Assembly (NCBI GenBank): GCA_040883365.1
Contig: JBFLKV010000167.1
Span: forward strand, 1-35,566
Reading direction: 5' to 3'
Length of the DNA stretch: 35,566 nucleotides
From: Eubacteriales bacterium
Lineage (GTDB): Bacteria > Bacillota > Clostridia > Christensenellales > CALMFG01
Translations under genes and position numbers: made by a program
Part shown: positions 33,785 to 35,566 of the stretch, piece by piece
Layout of the letters: each line of letters starts with the position of its first letter
Numbering within the stretch: the stretch's first letter is position 1
Notes under the pieces: generated by a model
Database searches by the model: none
Told to the model about the DNA's origin: nothing
The model's input: the letters and a program-made list of their open reading frames with translations, nothing else

Positions 33785-33807
33785 TTTTGTCGCTATATTA
33801 TAACATT
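33785..33807 (-). promoter_or_regulatory. Candidate GntR/HutC operator copy 2 (AATGTTATAATATAGCGACAAAA)
   Basis: It overlaps the -10 of the DeoC-like pair promoter. It matches copy 1 at 17 of 23 positions, including an 8-nt block AATGTTAT plus ATAG and ACAA. Confidence 0.5.
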
Positions 33808-33826
33808 ATAACTTAATGAGTGTCAA
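33797..33826 (-). promoter_or_regulatory. Sigma-A promoter of the DeoC-like gene pair (TTGACA - 18 nt - TATAAT)
   Basis: Read on the minus strand, a consensus -35 is at 33826..33821 and a consensus -10 at 33802..33797. Confidence 0.6.
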
Positions 33827-33924
33827 TATCATCAATCATCTGTTCGATTATGCATTTAACCTAGATAAGCGCATCGTTTTGCACGTGGTTTTCGTCTCCA
33901 ACCTATACGCACTTATCATCAAAT

Positions 33925-33959
33925 CAAAAAAGGATTAAAGATGATTTATCCTTAATCCT
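33925..33959 (-). terminator. Rho-independent terminator after galK
   Basis: The minus-strand RNA reads AGGAUUAAGG-AUAAAUCAU-CUUUAAUCCU (one mismatch), followed by UUUUUGAUUUG. Confidence 0.8.
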
Positions 33960-34096
33960 GGCTATTCTAGTTGCATCTATTTTGGAAAATACATTAAGTT
34001 TCAAGTTCTCAAAATGGGACGTTTGATTTTATCGTGCAATTTGATAGGGAATTGGAAAAAGTAAACCCATTGCCGTACGATACGAAGCAAAAAGCT

Positions 34097-35275
34097 TTAG
34101 ACCCAATTCGTCACTTCTCCTGCGCCTTGCCCTGCAGAAGAGCGGTAAAACGTGGGGGCAATCCCCGTTTTTTCTTGATATCCCACCGCCATCTCTTTTT
34201 CGAAAGCATCTGCGCTATCTTTTTTAACAAGGCTAATATTGCATCCGCCGAAGCCTCCGCCAGTCATGCGTGAGCCGACTACACCCGGCAGCGTTAAGGC
34301 GATGTCGAAAACCGCATCAAGCTCGGGGCCGGTGGCCTCATAATCATCTCTGATGGAAATATTCGCTTCATTTAAAAGTTTGCCAAATGTCTCAATGTCA
34401 CCTGCTTTTAATACATCCACCGCTTTTTGTACCCGCGCTTCCTCGGTCACGCAGTGGCGCGCACGACGGTAGAGCATCTCATCACCAAATTTAGGCTGAA
34501 AAGTTTTTAAGTCCTGCTCTTTCATTTCGCAGAGGTATTGATAATCCCCGCCATTTTGATTGATGATGGCTAATGCCGCTTCACATTCGCTTCTGCGCTG
34601 ATTATACTGCGTTTCGGTGAGTTTGTGCGGCGCATTGGTGTTAGTGATGACAATCGTATATTCACCCAAATCCAATGGGATATGCTCAAAATCCAGTGTA
34701 GCGCAATCCAAGACCATCGCATGCTTTTCCTTGGCGTTTGCCGAGATAAACTGATCCATGATGCCACAGTTCATGCCCACGTACTCATTTTCGGCACGCT
34801 GACTTAAAAGTGCAATCTCTTGAAAATCCAGTTTTTCTTCGCCGCCTAGAGAAAGTAGCGCCGTGGCTGTAGCCACCTCGATGGATGCCGATGAGGACAA
34901 TCCCGCACCATATGGCACGGTACCGTGGTAGTAAAGATCGCATCCGACGATGGGGTAACCCGTCTGCTGCAGGACATAAGCCACGCCCAGCTGATAGTTC
35001 CCCCAAGATAAATCTTTATAGGCTTCAAGATTGTCAATTTCCGCGCTAACGCGGTTCGGCAAGCTTGACACCGCCATATTAATCTTATTTGTACCATTAG
35101 GTCTTGCAATCACCGTATTGGTGTATTCCAACGCAACAGGAAAAACATGTCCGCCATTGTAATCGATATGCTCGCCAATCAGATTAATTCTGCCCGGCGC
35201 TTGAAAGATGCGGATATCTTTGTCCGTTCCGCCATAAATATGGATAAACCGTTCCACTAATTCCCGATTTGTCAT
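34097..35275 (-). CDS. galK: Galactokinase
   Basis: 392 aa. It has the galactokinase signature GRINLIGEHIDYNGG and the GHMP motif PYGAGLSSSAS. Its start overlaps the galT stop (ATGA). Confidence 0.95.
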   Translation of the reverse strand: MTNRELVERFIHIYGGTDKDIRIFQAPGRINLIGEHIDYNGGHVFPVALEYTNTVIARPNGTNKINMAVSSLPNRVSAEIDNLEAYKDLSWGNYQLGVAYVLQQTGYPIVGCDLYYHGTVPYGAGLSSSASIEVATATALLSLGGEEKLDFQEIALLSQRAENEYVGMNCGIMDQFISANAKEKHAMVLDCATLDFEHIPLDLGEYTIVITNTNAPHKLTETQYNQRRSECEAALAIINQNGGDYQYLCEMKEQDLKTFQPKFGDEMLYRRARHCVTEEARVQKAVDVLKAGDIETFGKLLNEANISIRDDYEATGPELDAVFDIALTLPGVVGSRMTGGGFGGCNISLVKKDSADAFEKEMAVGYQEKTGIAPTFYRSSAGQGAGEVTNWV

Positions 35276-35566
35276 CTATTCTTCTCCAAAAATCGTTTGT
35301 GCGCTTGTCGCAATTCTTCTGCCTTTTCCTCAGGAGCCGTCGGGTTGCAATGCGCCCAAGCCCCGGTTTCGGAAGAAGCCAAAAACTGCTGTTTCTCGGC
35401 CGAACGCATCGGCGGGAAAAACTCGATATGAAAATGAAAATCCTCAATATCCTCGGTGTTCACCGGCGCCGAATGCATGCACATCATATACGGAAACTTC
35501 ATATCGAATAAGCTATCCAGCATCCCCGTCGCTTGGCGCAAAGTCTCAGCCAAACTGGTCTTTTGC
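35272..35566 (-). CDS. galT: Galactose-1-phosphate uridylyltransferase, C-terminal part (5' end beyond the right edge)
   Basis: The frame is open to the window edge (..QKTSLAETLRQATGMLDSLFDMKFPYMMCMHSAPVN...FHFHIEFFPP...), which resembles the C-terminal half of GalT. The track's M at 35553 is an internal TTG. Confidence 0.85.
   Translation of the reverse strand, partial: QKTSLAETLRQATGMLDSLFDMKFPYMMCMHSAPVNTEDIEDFHFHIEFFPPMRSAEKQQFLASSETGAWAHCNPTAPEEKAEELRQAHKRFLEKNR

Noticed and set aside
1-35566. A search by eye for CRISPR arrays, tRNA/rRNA genes, transposases, integrases, inverted terminal repeats, toxin-antitoxin pairs and known defence genes.
   Set aside because: I recognised none. The only DNA-level repetition is the Ser/Ala/Pro linker, and the intergenic regions are too short or lack the relevant signatures.

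Overview
This window looks like a chromosomal segment from a Firmicute (Clostridia-type) genome. I count 29 genes, 28 of them on the minus strand. From left to right: (1) A 3'-truncated uridine-kinase-family gene sits directly behind a purE-C-F-M-N-H-D de novo purine operon. (2) A membrane-bound GGDEF diguanylate cyclase. (3) The only plus-strand gene encodes an SH3b + VanX-like lipoprotein in which two zinc ligands and the catalytic base are substituted. (4) A SAM-dependent methyltransferase. (5) A 6.8-kb gene encodes a giant S8 subtilase, with three PPC domains, an LRR region, ten alternating beta-sandwich modules and an unassigned C-terminal module. (6) A 585-bp gene-free region. (7) A ~14-kb carbohydrate island contains a 12-gene operon: FGGY kinase, CUT2 ABC importer, VOC, DeoC, HAD, PHP-type amidohydrolase, AroE-like dehydrogenase, cupin PGI, 2-hydroxyacid dehydrogenase and Eda. 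It also holds a GntR/HutC regulator and a separate pair of divergent DeoC-fold genes. (8) galK and a 5'-truncated galT. I saw no rRNA, tRNA, CRISPR array, transposase, integrase or phage genes. The most interesting items are the carbohydrate island, which matches no pathway I can recall, a 23-nt motif shared by its promoters, the giant protease architecture, and the apparently inactive VanX-like lipoprotein. All domain calls come from motif recognition by eye, and no database search was run.
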